NCBI GenBank assembly: GCA_026414975.1
Contig: JAOAHZ010000007.1
Location: 70,727 to 134,726, forward strand
DNA length: 64,000 bases
Origin: Bacteroidia bacterium
Lineage (GTDB): Bacteria > Bacteroidota > Bacteroidia > SpSt-205
Direction of reading: 5' to 3'
Shown here: positions 29,431 through 39,152 of the stretch, piece after piece
How positions within the stretch are numbered: position 1 is the stretch's first letter
Layout of the letters: the number at the start of each line of letters is the position of its first letter
Translations under genes and position numbers: made by a program
The notes under the pieces: model-generated
Told to the model about the DNA's origin: nothing
What the model saw: the letters and a program-made list of their open reading frames with translations, nothing else
Database searches by the model: none

Positions 29431-30488
29431 TAGCTCAGACTCATGCCGTCATATTAGCCGGTGGCAGCGGCACCCGTTTCTGGCCGCTCAGTCGCGCCAG
29501 CCGACCCAAGCAGTTTTTAGATGTATTGGGCACTAAAAAGAGCCTTCTTCAATCCACTGTGGAGCGTGTCTCCCTTCTCCTTCCTCCCGAACGAATCTGG
29601 CTCTCCGCTTATCGCATGCATCAAGCGCTTGTTGAGTCTCAGTTAGGGGATTTTCCTCCCCATCGGTGTCTCTACGAGCCTCTACAACGGAACACCGCTC
29701 CCAGTATTCTATGGGCCACTGAAGTGATCGCTCGCCAATATCCCGATGCCATTCTATGGATCATGCCTGCCGATCACTTCATTCCAGATGTTGAAGCATT
29801 CGTTCAGCTTGTTCGGTCCGTCTTAGAAACTTGTGACTTTTCAGAAGCTATCTACACTATAGGTATCCGACCGAGGTATCCTCACACAGGGTATGGCTAT
29901 ATCCAGTTCATCCCCAAGCCTACGCTATGTAAGCCCGTCAAGACCTTTACAGAGAAGCCCTCTAAAGAGCTTGCTGAACTCTTTATTCAGAGTGGCGACT
30001 TTCTATGGAATAGCGGCATATTCATAGCCCATGTATCAGTCTTGCGCCGTTCATTTAGCCAGCATGCCCCAGAAATATATGAGCTTTTTGCAGATATAGA
30101 CGTATCAGACCCTGAAGCCGTACTCAAAGCGTTTCAACAGGTGCCGGCTATTTCATTTGACTACGCTGTCATGGAAAAATATACCCCGGTGGCTGTCGTG
30201 GAGGGTAACTTTCGTTGGTGGGACCTCGGCGGCTGGAATGCCCTGTATGAAGTCTCCGCTCATGATCCAAATGGTAATAGCCTCTTCACGAAAGCTTTTC
30301 TTGGCTCGGTAAAAAACTGCCTTCTTGTATCATCAGAACCTAAGAAGGTCATCGTGGTAGATGGTCTCTCAGACTACCTCGTCGTGGACACACCTGATGC
30401 CCTCTTGATTCTACCGCGCGCCCAAGAGCAGACCCTCCGCGAGTGGGTACAGCGCCTTCGCACAGAAGGTGGAAGCGAGTATGTATGA
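29427..30488 (+). CDS. manC: Mannose-1-phosphate guanylyltransferase
   Basis: It has the nucleotidyltransferase N-terminus AVILAGGSGTRFWPLSR. The length is 353 aa. It overlaps kdsD by 4 nt. Confidence 0.8.
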   Translation: MIAQTHAVILAGGSGTRFWPLSRASRPKQFLDVLGTKKSLLQSTVERVSLLLPPERIWLSAYRMHQALVESQLGDFPPHRCLYEPLQRNTAPSILWATEVIARQYPDAILWIMPADHFIPDVEAFVQLVRSVLETCDFSEAIYTIGIRPRYPHTGYGYIQFIPKPTLCKPVKTFTEKPSKELAELFIQSGDFLWNSGIFIAHVSVLRRSFSQHAPEIYELFADIDVSDPEAVLKAFQQVPAISFDYAVMEKYTPVAVVEGNFRWWDLGGWNALYEVSAHDPNGNSLFTKAFLGSVKNCLLVSSEPKKVIVVDGLSDYLVVDTPDALLILPRAQEQTLREWVQRLRTEGGSEYV

Positions 30489-30575
30489 CTACAAAGATGA
30501 GGTCATTCCGATGAGCCTAAAACCCCTTCAACCAAAGACAGTAGTAGATTTCCACTTCGCCTCTACCTTAGCCTC

Positions 30576-32501
30576 ATGGTAGGAGCTCTTTTCTGGCTTC
30601 AGCTCTGGCTACTAGACAAGCCTGTCAGCCAAGTCATAACTAAGCCAGTCTATACCGCCCCTCTTATCCATGCTCTCTACGAAGCTGATACCCTGCTACG
30701 AGCTTTTGCTCGGCGTGAAACGCTCTACCTTACTATAGGTGGCAGCTCTCGAATCCGCTTAGAACGATTGCCTGGCTATACCCGCCTAACTGCTCCCGAT
30801 ACCATGACAGCCGTGGCGGGTCTCTATTTACTCTTAGAAGAGAAACATGGGATCAGTTTCTTTCACCCCCGACTCACGGTCCAGACCCCCCATGTGCCGT
30901 CTTGGCAAACTTTGGAAGCCGAGCCACGATTTACATGGCGGGGCTTCCACCTTCACACTCAGCATCCCATAGAGCTTACCGAAGCCCTACATGACCCCGA
31001 CTTCCCTAATGGTGAAGCCCTCATTCGGAACTACATAGACTGGCTGATTCGCAATAGGCAAAACTATTTTGAGTTTTGTCTGCTGCGTACAGTAGACCTA
31101 CACCGCTGGCTTCCATACATGACGAGGATCGTCGATTATGCCCGCAAGCGAGGTATAACAATGGGATTAGACCTCTCTCTCCGAATGCAGCAGCAGCGGG
31201 CTTTCCAACTTATGCCCCGGTGGAAACCCAAGGGTAAAACCCTGCGCCGACACCTCAGACAACTCAGCCAAACTGGCATCACCCGTCTCAATGTGGACCT
31301 GAATGCCGCTGAATTTGTCGGAAAATCATGGGGGTCTTGGATAGATAGCCTCATCTGGCAAAGCAAGCAACTGGGTCTTCAAGTAATGTCTCGTCAGCAT
31401 GTAGTCCCCCCAGAAGCGTACGCAGTGGGGGATTTCCAGCCCTCCCAACTTCCTCCTCAGCTTACCCTTTGCGTGCATTCCGTGATGTGCTACAGCTTAA
31501 TGGATAGCTTGGCCCCTGTGTATCGGTGCAAAGATTTCTCTCACCTTTACCGAACCCTCCTAACCGAGCAAGGTCGGCGCCCTCTTTGGTATTATCCAGA
31601 GACGGCTTACTGGGTAACCTTCGATAATAGCGTTCCAGTGTGGCTGTTGTCTTATTTACGCAGTCGGTTAGAAGATATTCTGATCGTGGAAAGTTTAGCA
31701 GAGGGGCATCTGACATTTTCATCGGGGTGGGATGTGGGGTATTGGCTATTTGATTGGAGTGTGGCTCGTTGGAGCTGGCGTTATATTTACGATGGGGTAG
31801 CTCAAACTCCTTTTCCAGCCGAGGGTTTTGTGCGACTTTTCGGAGGCGATACCTTGGCTTGGAGTTATCTAATCCGGTTTCAGGATAGCTTGCTGGTAGG
31901 ACGGAATGTACTAAGCTACATTACCCCAACTACACCCATAGACGAGATAAGTTGGAACCGCTTGCCGTCCTTTCAGCCGCGGCTACCCGTGCCGCCTTGG
32001 CAACTGTACCGACATCCTCGTAAGTACGCCGACAAAATAGAGCCCATGCTACAAGGAATAAGCTCGGCCTTAGCCATATGGCCAAGGTGGCCAGACGCTT
32101 CCCCCATGGAGCCTATGATGTTTCTTCTTTATGAAGAGCTGAAAACAGCGTGGGACCTGACTCGCTTGAGGGTAAAGTTTCGTTCCTGCTGGCTGCAAGC
32201 GCTCATAAGCTCGCAGGAGGCTCGCAAGCAGCTCATAGACACCTTGTACTCAATCCTGGCGCAGGCTGAAAAGACCGTGTCCAAGCTACCTATCCGCTAT
32301 CCTCATACGGCTCAGCGACACTTATGCCGAGCTAGTAAGCCAGGCTGTAAGCACCCCCACCCTTCCTATCGGTTTGGATATTTATATCCAGCTGTAAGTC
32401 TGCACTTCTGGAGGCGGGAAATCGGGCAGGTGCAAGAGGGACGCTGGGGCGTCCTATATAGCAACCTATGGGATATACCAAGGATCATCGGGCTATGGTA
32501 G
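30576..32501 (+). CDS. Hypothetical Trp-rich 641 aa protein, possibly a glycoside-hydrolase-like TIM barrel. It has no confidently recognised domain.
   Basis: The ORF is long and uninterrupted with Bacteroidota-like codon usage. The motif FTWRGFHLHTQHP is reminiscent of GH20/GH89-type catalytic barrels. It follows kdsD-manC. Confidence 0.4.
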   Translation: MVGALFWLQLWLLDKPVSQVITKPVYTAPLIHALYEADTLLRAFARRETLYLTIGGSSRIRLERLPGYTRLTAPDTMTAVAGLYLLLEEKHGISFFHPRLTVQTPHVPSWQTLEAEPRFTWRGFHLHTQHPIELTEALHDPDFPNGEALIRNYIDWLIRNRQNYFEFCLLRTVDLHRWLPYMTRIVDYARKRGITMGLDLSLRMQQQRAFQLMPRWKPKGKTLRRHLRQLSQTGITRLNVDLNAAEFVGKSWGSWIDSLIWQSKQLGLQVMSRQHVVPPEAYAVGDFQPSQLPPQLTLCVHSVMCYSLMDSLAPVYRCKDFSHLYRTLLTEQGRRPLWYYPETAYWVTFDNSVPVWLLSYLRSRLEDILIVESLAEGHLTFSSGWDVGYWLFDWSVARWSWRYIYDGVAQTPFPAEGFVRLFGGDTLAWSYLIRFQDSLLVGRNVLSYITPTTPIDEISWNRLPSFQPRLPVPPWQLYRHPRKYADKIEPMLQGISSALAIWPRWPDASPMEPMMFLLYEELKTAWDLTRLRVKFRSCWLQALISSQEARKQLIDTLYSILAQAEKTVSKLPIRYPHTAQRHLCRASKPGCKHPHPSYRFGYLYPAVSLHFWRREIGQVQEGRWGVLYSNLWDIPRIIGLW

Positions 32502-32574
32502 CGCCCGCTGCAGGATTCGAACCTGCGACCCTCTGGTTAACAGCCAGATGCTCTAACCGCTGAGCTAAGCGGGC
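32502..32574 (-). tRNA. tRNA-Asn (anticodon GTT)
   Basis: The reverse complement GCCCGCTTAGCTCAGCGGTTAGAGCATCTGGCTGTTAACCAGAGGGTCGCAGGTTCGAATCCTGCAGCGGGCG folds as a cloverleaf. It has a 7 bp acceptor stem, a GTT anticodon in a CTGTTAA loop, and a GGTTCGAATCC T-loop. CCA is not encoded. Confidence 0.85.
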
Positions 32575-32627
32575 ATGACAAAGATAAAGCATTCTGCGCA
32601 TACGCAAGAAGTCCGTATCTTTGAACG

Positions 32628-33443
32628 GTGCGCTGGCTGGTCGGCAGTATAATCCTCTCTACAATACTCGGTTGTGATCCCTATCGGAAGCTCGCCCGCA
32701 GCAAGAACCTAGTAGATAGGGACTCAGCTGCTTTTGGTTACTTTAGGCGAAAACAGTACGAGTCTGCCTCTCAGCTTATGGAAGAACTAGTGGGGCTATA
32801 CCGAGGGAATGTCCGAGCGGCTGAGGTGCTGTATCACTTGGCTTTAGCTCGGATGCACCTCAAAGATTATTACGCCGCTGAGCGCTACTTCGGTCAGCTC
32901 GTGGACGAGTACCCCCTTAGTCCTCGAGCCGAGGAAGCCCTCTTCATGCAGGCCAAAATGAACTATCAACTTTCAGCCGATTACGACTTCGATCAGCGGG
33001 AAACCAAGCGCGCAATTGATAAGCTTCAAGTGTATCTCACCCTCTATCCCGATGGCGTCTACGCAAGTCAAGCTGAAGCTATGCTAAGTGAGTTAGAACG
33101 CAAGCTGGAAGTTAAAGCTTTCCAAACGGCGGAGGCCTTCTACCGAATCGGACGCTACCGTGCCGCCGTAGTGCTATATGGGGATTTCTTGACTTATGCC
33201 ACGGAGCCCGACTTACGGGAAGAAGCAGCCTATAAGCGCGTCTCCTCGGCTTTCCTCATGGCAGAGCGTAGCATTGAAGAGAAACAACTACCGAGGTTCT
33301 CGGAAGCCGAAGCACTTTATCGTACCTTTGTGGAAAATTATCCCCATAGTTCGTACCTTCCCTCCTTAAAAGCGCAATATGAGTACACGAAGAGAGTACT
33401 ACAAGTCCCTCGCCGAACAGCTCCAAGTACCCCAGGAGATTGA
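32628..33443 (+). CDS. bamD: Outer-membrane protein assembly factor BamD (a TPR lipoprotein)
   Basis: It has a lipoprotein signal ...ILSTILG|C and TPR-like repeats. The conserved Bacteroidota context bamD-rpoZ-coaBC supports it. Confidence 0.75.
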   Translation: MRWLVGSIILSTILGCDPYRKLARSKNLVDRDSAAFGYFRRKQYESASQLMEELVGLYRGNVRAAEVLYHLALARMHLKDYYAAERYFGQLVDEYPLSPRAEEALFMQAKMNYQLSADYDFDQRETKRAIDKLQVYLTLYPDGVYASQAEAMLSELERKLEVKAFQTAEAFYRIGRYRAAVVLYGDFLTYATEPDLREEAAYKRVSSAFLMAERSIEEKQLPRFSEAEALYRTFVENYPHSSYLPSLKAQYEYTKRVLQVPRRTAPSTPGD

Positions 33444-33447
33444 ACCG

Positions 33448-33735
33448 GTGTCTATTAAGGAGCTACTTCGGCGTTCTACCCAAAATAACATTTACGAGGT
33501 AACCGTTTCCATGAGTCGGCGGTCTGAGCGAATTTTATCCGAGCTTACCGAAGAGCTACGAACCAAACTTCAAGATATTAGCGCTCAGGAGGACCTAACG
33601 CATAGGGGTGACCCGGAGCTTCAACAGCAGCTTCAAGCTGAGCTACAACAGTGGGTAGAACTGTATCGTTCCTTGCCCAAGCCTACGCTTATTGCGCTGT
33701 GGGAAAAACTGCACGAAACACCGCCTGAATCCTGA
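33448..33735 (+). CDS. rpoZ: DNA-directed RNA polymerase subunit omega. A GTG start at 33448 is proposed; the ATG-initiated ORF from 33379 would overlap bamD by 65 nt.
   Basis: The core NIYEVTVSMSRRSERI matches the RpoZ consensus (NxYELVxxAAKRARQI). The position between bamD and coaBC is typical for Bacteroidota. Confidence 0.55.
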   Translation: MSIKELLRRSTQNNIYEVTVSMSRRSERILSELTEELRTKLQDISAQEDLTHRGDPELQQQLQAELQQWVELYRSLPKPTLIALWEKLHETPPES

Positions 33736-34951
33736 GGTGGCCCACATCCTCCTCGGCGTAACTGGTAGCATTGCCGCCTATAAGACACCTGCCCTCGTAC
33801 GAGCCCTCCAAAAAGAGGGGCATCGTGTCTCGGTTATTTTGACCCAAGCGGCTCAAGAGTTCGTAGCACCTTTGACCTTAGAAACGCTGGCTCAGGGGAA
33901 GGTTCTGAAAGACCTCTGGGGCACAGAAGCAAGAGGCGCCCAGCCGGGAGAGTGGACCCAACATATTGCCTTAGCCAAACAGGCTGACCTGCTGCTTATT
34001 GCTCCAGCCACAGCTCATACCATCGCTAAGTTAGCCCAGGGCCTATGCGATGACCTTCTTTCGGCGGTGTTTTTAGCCACGCGCAAGCCTAGCCTCATTG
34101 CTCCAGCTATGGAAGGCACCATGTATCGTCACCCGATAGTTCAGCGCAATCTAAAACGGCTTGAACGCTTGCCCTGGGTCTCTATTATTCCGCCTGCGCG
34201 CGGTTTCTTGGCTAGTGGGGCTCACGATACAGGACGATTAGCTTCTGGCGCCCGAATCCTTGCTGCGGTAGAGAGGGCCCTTTCGCCGCCTCTTTTGCGA
34301 GGAAAGAAGGTTCTCATCACCTTAGGGGCTACTCGCGAGCGCTGGGACGACGTCCGCTTTCTCTCTAATCACTCCACAGGCCGAATGGGCTGGGCTCTGG
34401 CTAAAGCAGCCTACGCTCTCGGCGCTCAAGAGATACATTTGCTTGCAGCTCACACAGAAGTCCCCCTTTACCCCCATCTCTTCCGTGTTACGCGCACCCC
34501 TACCGCAAAAGACATGTTAGAAGCTTTCCAGCAGGTCTACGCGGGATACGACTGGCTTATATTCGCCGCTGCTGTTAGCGATTACACTTTCGCCTACCGC
34601 CTACCCCAAAAGCACAAAAAGTCCGAGAGAGAAATAAGCCTTCCCCTCGTAGCGGCCCCCGACATCCTAAAATGGGCCGGGCAGAACCGCCAACCCCATC
34701 AACTGCTCATAGGTTTCGCTTTGGAAGCCGCAGGCGAGGAGAAACTGGCTTGGGAAAAGCTGCACTGCAAAGGAGCCGATTGGCTGGCCTTCAACGAAAT
34801 AAGCCCTCAGACGGGCATGGGCTCCCCTACGAATGCTCTCACTTTATTGAGCCGCTGGGGCCATCGTCATGTTATCCCTCTCGCTCCAAAGCCTCAGGTT
34901 GCTCGAGAAATGCTTATCTTCATCGCTCGTGAAAGTCCTACTCAGCCTTAG
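33692..34951 (+). CDS. coaBC: Bifunctional phosphopantothenoylcysteine decarboxylase / phosphopantothenate-cysteine ligase
   Basis: The N-terminal flavoprotein region reads ILLGVTGSIAAYKTPALVRAL. A C-terminal CoaB domain is present. The length is 419 aa. Confidence 0.9.
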   Translation: MRCGKNCTKHRLNPEVAHILLGVTGSIAAYKTPALVRALQKEGHRVSVILTQAAQEFVAPLTLETLAQGKVLKDLWGTEARGAQPGEWTQHIALAKQADLLLIAPATAHTIAKLAQGLCDDLLSAVFLATRKPSLIAPAMEGTMYRHPIVQRNLKRLERLPWVSIIPPARGFLASGAHDTGRLASGARILAAVERALSPPLLRGKKVLITLGATRERWDDVRFLSNHSTGRMGWALAKAAYALGAQEIHLLAAHTEVPLYPHLFRVTRTPTAKDMLEAFQQVYAGYDWLIFAAAVSDYTFAYRLPQKHKKSEREISLPLVAAPDILKWAGQNRQPHQLLIGFALEAAGEEKLAWEKLHCKGADWLAFNEISPQTGMGSPTNALTLLSRWGHRHVIPLAPKPQVAREMLIFIARESPTQP

Positions 34952-35819
34952 CCTCATTTGGGCCCAAGAACTCCTACCCATCGTAAATATCCAGGCCCCC
35001 GGCATCCAGGGGATTGATCGCTCTATCCTTCAGCAGCTTCAGCAAGACATTACGCAATATCTCAGCACCAATCGTTTCTCTGAAGATGTATTTGCTCCTA
35101 ACGAACGCATCAAGTGTCTATTCAACATTGTGATTACTGCCTTACCAAACCCTACACGGTTTGAAGGAACGATGCAAGTCCAAGCTATCCGCCCCGTCTA
35201 CAATAGCACCTACGAGACCCTCACCTTCAACTTCAACGATCCAGACTTGCGCATCAACTACACCGCCACGCAAACCCTTCAGTTCTCCGAAAACACATAC
35301 GTGGATAACTTGACTGCCCTGCTAAACTTCTACGCTTACATGATCTTGGGAATGGATTACAACAGTTTCGGTCCCGAAGCAGGCCTACCGTACTTCCAGA
35401 AAGCGCAGCAAATACTGAACTTAGCCGCTGCAAATAGTAGTGAACCCGGATGGCAGCCAACCGGCAACTTTCTCCGCTCTCGCTACTGGATTTTAGAAAA
35501 CCTGCTCAACGCCAGCTATAAGCAGTTTCACACCCTTTTTTATCGCTATCATCGGGAGGGACTGGACAAAATGCATAAAGACCCCGCTGCCGCCCGCGAA
35601 GTTCTTTTAGAGGTTCTGCAAGGTATGGTAAAGTTTAGTCAGGAAAATCCCAACAGCACCTTGATACGGCTCTTTGTGGATGTAAAAGGGACAGAACTAA
35701 TGCAGGCTTTTCGAAAGGCAATGCCTGAGCAGAAGCAACGGTTTGTGGCAGCTATGCGGCAGCTGGATCCCAATAATCTCAGCGTTTACGAAAATCTCCT
35801 CCAAGAGGGGAATCCTTGA
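34929..35819 (+). CDS. Secreted protein of unknown function, DUF4835-like by context and size. A GTG start at 34929 is proposed; the ORF is open from 34869.
   Basis: It has a signal peptide (M)KVLLSLSLIWA|Q. In Bacteroidota a conserved hypothetical gene is commonly found beside coaBC. No catalytic motif was recognised. Confidence 0.45.
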   Translation: MKVLLSLSLIWAQELLPIVNIQAPGIQGIDRSILQQLQQDITQYLSTNRFSEDVFAPNERIKCLFNIVITALPNPTRFEGTMQVQAIRPVYNSTYETLTFNFNDPDLRINYTATQTLQFSENTYVDNLTALLNFYAYMILGMDYNSFGPEAGLPYFQKAQQILNLAAANSSEPGWQPTGNFLRSRYWILENLLNASYKQFHTLFYRYHREGLDKMHKDPAAAREVLLEVLQGMVKFSQENPNSTLIRLFVDVKGTELMQAFRKAMPEQKQRFVAAMRQLDPNNLSVYENLLQEGNP

Positions 35820-36325
35820 AGCCAGCCCGCCTCATCTTAATCGGCCCCCCTGCCGCGGGCAAAACGACTTTAGGGCGGCGCTGGGCACACCAAGCTAAAC
35901 TGCCGTTTTGGGATACGGATGAAGAAATCGTCTGTCGCACAGGACGATCCATAGAGGAATGGTTCCAAGCAGGTGAAACCTGCTTTCGCCAAGTAGAATG
36001 GGATACGATCGTCCAGCTCCTTGAGAGAGAAGAAAGGGGAGTGATAGCGGTCGGTGGAGGTTTCCCCGCTCAACCTGGCGCCATGTCTCTCCTTCTGAAG
36101 GCGGGGTATGTGCTATGGATAGACCCCCCTATAGAGTGGCTTGTTAGCCGATGGCGACAAGTTTCCATAGAACGACCTCCTCTACACCACCGATCCGAAG
36201 CAGAAAGGATAGCCCTCATGACACATCGCCGCTCCTTCTATCGAGAAGCAGACTTGCATTGGCCCATAGACATAATCCCCGAAAACCTAGTCTGGAAGTG
36301 GGCTGAAAGACGACTCAGGGCTTAG
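35816..36325 (+). CDS. aroK: Shikimate kinase
   Basis: It has the P-loop LIGPPAAGKTTLGRR, and its 169 aa length fits AroK. It overlaps the preceding gene by 4 nt. Confidence 0.85.
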   Translation: MKPARLILIGPPAAGKTTLGRRWAHQAKLPFWDTDEEIVCRTGRSIEEWFQAGETCFRQVEWDTIVQLLEREERGVIAVGGGFPAQPGAMSLLLKAGYVLWIDPPIEWLVSRWRQVSIERPPLHHRSEAERIALMTHRRSFYREADLHWPIDIIPENLVWKWAERRLRA

Positions 36326-37145
36326 GTGGAGCGGGCTTTTTCTTACGAGGTTGAGACTCCTCCATTTCCAACTCCAGCTCCACATCCAACTCCTCTAATC
36401 CCAAATCATCTATCGGCTCAAACCCTCCCCCTTCTAAATCCAGCTCCTCCAGGCCGAGGTCTTCATCTAAGTTTAGCTCAGAATCCAGATTCAGATTCGG
36501 AACATCCGGGCTCACCCCGAGCTCCTGTTCCAGTTCGCGTTCTAAGAGCGTCATATCTTCTTGAATCTCTGATGCAGAGGGACCCGCTAACGGTCCTGCC
36601 TCGCTGCCCGCAGAATGAAACTCCGGGATAGCGCAGCAGCTGGACAGAATTGGGTCTACCGAGATTTCCTCATTTATTTCGTACCCATACGCCAAAAGGA
36701 CCTGCCGTAAAGTGTCTAAACGAACATGATTGCTGTCTAAATCCACAACCACCTGATGCTGAGCCGAGTCTAAGGCCACCGAGAAAACCCCGACAGGAAA
36801 AAAGAGACGCAGAATGGAGTCCATACGACTAATAGGACAAGTGGAACACTCGCCTAAATAGTCAAATCGCAAGCGAAGGTTAGCCTCAGAGGCGGAGCTA
36901 CATCGCATCAAAAGCGGGAATATCAAAGTCAGGCCAAGCATTATACCTTCACGACCCTTCCGGCGGAGGAGCTTATATAGGCTGAATCCAAATCGGACCG
37001 CTCCATAAGCTATCATAAAAAGCGGCAGACCCTGCTGAGCCCATGCAGGAAGCCCTGAATCTAACGGGTGGACATACAAATAAGCACCTATCCCGCTAAT
37101 AAGCAGGCCCGTAAAAAGTCCAAGATATACACTCAAGGTAGCCAT
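36315..37145 (-). CDS. Membrane protein with three N-terminal transmembrane helices, a heavy-metal-associated (HMA) ferredoxin-like domain carrying CxxC (ECSTC), and a long acidic low-complexity C-terminal tail
   Basis: The transmembrane helices are at 4-25, 38-58 and 67-80. The HMA-like region is LRLRFDYLGECSTCPISRMDSILRLF...HQVVVDLD...LDTLRQVLLAYGYEI. The tail reads DLGLEELDLEGGGFEPIDDLGLEELDVELELEMEE...KKKPAPPKP. Its start codon overlaps the stop of the upstream E1 gene. Confidence 0.5.
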   Translation of the reverse strand: MATLSVYLGLFTGLLISGIGAYLYVHPLDSGLPAWAQQGLPLFMIAYGAVRFGFSLYKLLRRKGREGIMLGLTLIFPLLMRCSSASEANLRLRFDYLGECSTCPISRMDSILRLFFPVGVFSVALDSAQHQVVVDLDSNHVRLDTLRQVLLAYGYEINEEISVDPILSSCCAIPEFHSAGSEAGPLAGPSASEIQEDMTLLERELEQELGVSPDVPNLNLDSELNLDEDLGLEELDLEGGGFEPIDDLGLEELDVELELEMEESQPRKKKPAPPKP

Positions 37146-39148
37146 CAGTAGGCGAGAAGTTTCTGGACTGCATCATGTAAGCGCCTCCACGGCAGAAAGT
37201 CGGCTTCCAAGCTGGGGCTAAATGGCACAGGGGTGTCACGCGAGGCCAATCGGATCACAGGGGCATCTAATTGTTCAAAAAGATATTCACCTATCCAAGC
37301 AGCGATCTCAGCTCCAACTCCAGCGGTATAAGTACCCTCATAAAGGACCAAAACCCGGTGAGTTTTACGAACAGAAGCGGTAATGGTATCTTGATCGTAG
37401 GGCAGGATAGTACGCAGGTCTATCACTTCTATATCCACCTCAGGGGCGAGCTGATGAGCGAGTTTTAGGGCTTCCACCACGCCCATGCCATAGGTGATGA
37501 TGGAGAGGTCGCGCCCCTCACGAGCAATCCGAGCTACACCAAGGGGAAGATTGTAATACGATTCTGGGACCGCATCTTGAACACTGCGGTACAGCGCCTT
37601 ATGTTCAAAGAAGAGGGAGGGGTTGGGGTCTCGCAAAGCTGTGGTGAGCAGACCTTTTGCATCGTATGCCGTAGAGGGATAGATGATCTTGAGGCCTGGG
37701 ATGTGAAAGAAGACCCCTTCTAAGCTCTGGGAGTGAAAAGGACCGGCTCCTACACCAGCACCCGTCGGCAACCTCACTACTACTTTAGGAGGGACGCCCC
37801 AGCGGTAGTAGTTTTTGGCTAGGTTATTAACGATTTGGGTAAAGCCGTAGCTGACGAAATCCGCAAACTGCATCTCTACCATGCTGGAAAAGTCCCGAAG
37901 GGCTAACCCAAGGCTCATCCCCAAAATGGCGGATTCACAGAGAGGGGTGTTTCGGATCCGCTCTTTTCCAAATAGCTCTACGAAACCCTCTGTAACCTTG
38001 AAGACCCCTCCGTATTCGGCGATGTCTTGGCCCATTAGAATGAGCCGAGGTTGACGCTCCATCGCCTGACGCAGCCCCTCAGAAATAGCATCTACAAATC
38101 GCAGAGAGCGACCACCCCGATCAGCTGGGGGAGGAACAAGAGGTTCATCAAATGGCGCATATACTTCCGCAGCTTCTGGAGTCGGTTCGGGTTCAGAAAG
38201 GACTGGCCGAATCTCCTCTTCTATCTTTTGCTTTAGTTCTCGGCGCAGAGCTTGGACCTCTTTCTGAGTCAGTAGATTTTTTTCTATGAGAAATCGTTCG
38301 TAGTTGAGAATCGGGTCGCGAGCTCCCCACTCTTGGTAGAGGGAGGGAGGCACATATTTAGTTCCGGAGGCCTCTTCATGACCGCGCATGCGGAATGTGA
38401 TAGCTTCTATCAATCGAGGGCGCCTGTCCTTGCGAGCCTTTTCTGCTAAATCCCGAATTGTATGATAGACCTCTAAGACATTATTGCCTGGGATGGTATA
38501 ACCTTCCATGCCATACCCGACAGCTCTCAATGACAGCCTTTCACAAGCATACTGCTCGGAAGTAGGGGTAGAGAGGGCATAGCCGTTATTTTCTATGAGG
38601 AAAAGGACAGGGAGATTCCAGACGCTGGCCACATTGAGGGCCTCATGAAAATCTCCCTCACTGGTGCCGCCCTCCCCGATGAAGGCTAAGGCAATGTAGT
38701 CGTCGTGTTCTAAATTACTGGCCAAAGCCACCCCATTAGCCACGGGAAGCATAGCAGCGAGGTGAGAAATCATTCCGATGACGCGGTATTCTGGTGCCCC
38801 AAAGTGAAAGGACCGCTCGCGTCCCCGAGTGAAACCCGAGGCCTTACCTTGCCACTGAGCAAAGAGCTTGCGCAGAGGCATTCCGCGACTGGTGAATACG
38901 CCTAAGTTTCTATGCAGAGGGAATATGTAGTCCGTCGGCTCTAACGCTAAGGTTGCCCCCACCGCTATTGCCTCCTGACCAATACCAGAGAACCACTTAC
39001 TGACCTTCCCCTGACGCAGGAGGGACAACATCTTCTCCTCTATCAACCGAGCGTACAGCATCTCCCGATAGAGGCGCAGAGCGGTATCCCTCGGTATATC
39101 TCGGAGGTCATAGCTAAAGACCGATGCAGTCGCAGACGGTGTAGCCAT
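37145..39148 (-). CDS. Fused 2-oxoacid (branched-chain/pyruvate-type) dehydrogenase E1 component, alpha and beta subunits in one polypeptide
   Basis: The N-terminal alpha part carries the TPP-binding motif GEGGTSEGDFHEALNVASVWNLPVLFLIENNGYA. The C-terminal beta part has transketolase-like Pyr and C-terminal domains. The 667 aa fused form is typical of Bacteroidota. Confidence 0.85.
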   Translation of the reverse strand: MATPSATASVFSYDLRDIPRDTALRLYREMLYARLIEEKMLSLLRQGKVSKWFSGIGQEAIAVGATLALEPTDYIFPLHRNLGVFTSRGMPLRKLFAQWQGKASGFTRGRERSFHFGAPEYRVIGMISHLAAMLPVANGVALASNLEHDDYIALAFIGEGGTSEGDFHEALNVASVWNLPVLFLIENNGYALSTPTSEQYACERLSLRAVGYGMEGYTIPGNNVLEVYHTIRDLAEKARKDRRPRLIEAITFRMRGHEEASGTKYVPPSLYQEWGARDPILNYERFLIEKNLLTQKEVQALRRELKQKIEEEIRPVLSEPEPTPEAAEVYAPFDEPLVPPPADRGGRSLRFVDAISEGLRQAMERQPRLILMGQDIAEYGGVFKVTEGFVELFGKERIRNTPLCESAILGMSLGLALRDFSSMVEMQFADFVSYGFTQIVNNLAKNYYRWGVPPKVVVRLPTGAGVGAGPFHSQSLEGVFFHIPGLKIIYPSTAYDAKGLLTTALRDPNPSLFFEHKALYRSVQDAVPESYYNLPLGVARIAREGRDLSIITYGMGVVEALKLAHQLAPEVDIEVIDLRTILPYDQDTITASVRKTHRVLVLYEGTYTAGVGAEIAAWIGEYLFEQLDAPVIRLASRDTPVPFSPSLEADFLPWRRLHDAVQKLLAY

Positions 39149-39152
39149 AAGA

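Noticed and set aside
32502-32627. tRNA-Asn as an integration site for a genomic island
   Set aside because: There is no integrase, transposase or direct repeat of the tRNA 3' end nearby. The flanking genes (manC-side hypothetical and bamD) are chromosomal housekeeping-type.
36330-36560. Repetitive DNA that could be mistaken for a CRISPR-like or tandem repeat array
   Set aside because: The repeats are imperfect and lie inside a continuous ORF encoding an acidic D/E/L low-complexity tail. There are no regular repeat-spacer units and no cas genes in the window.
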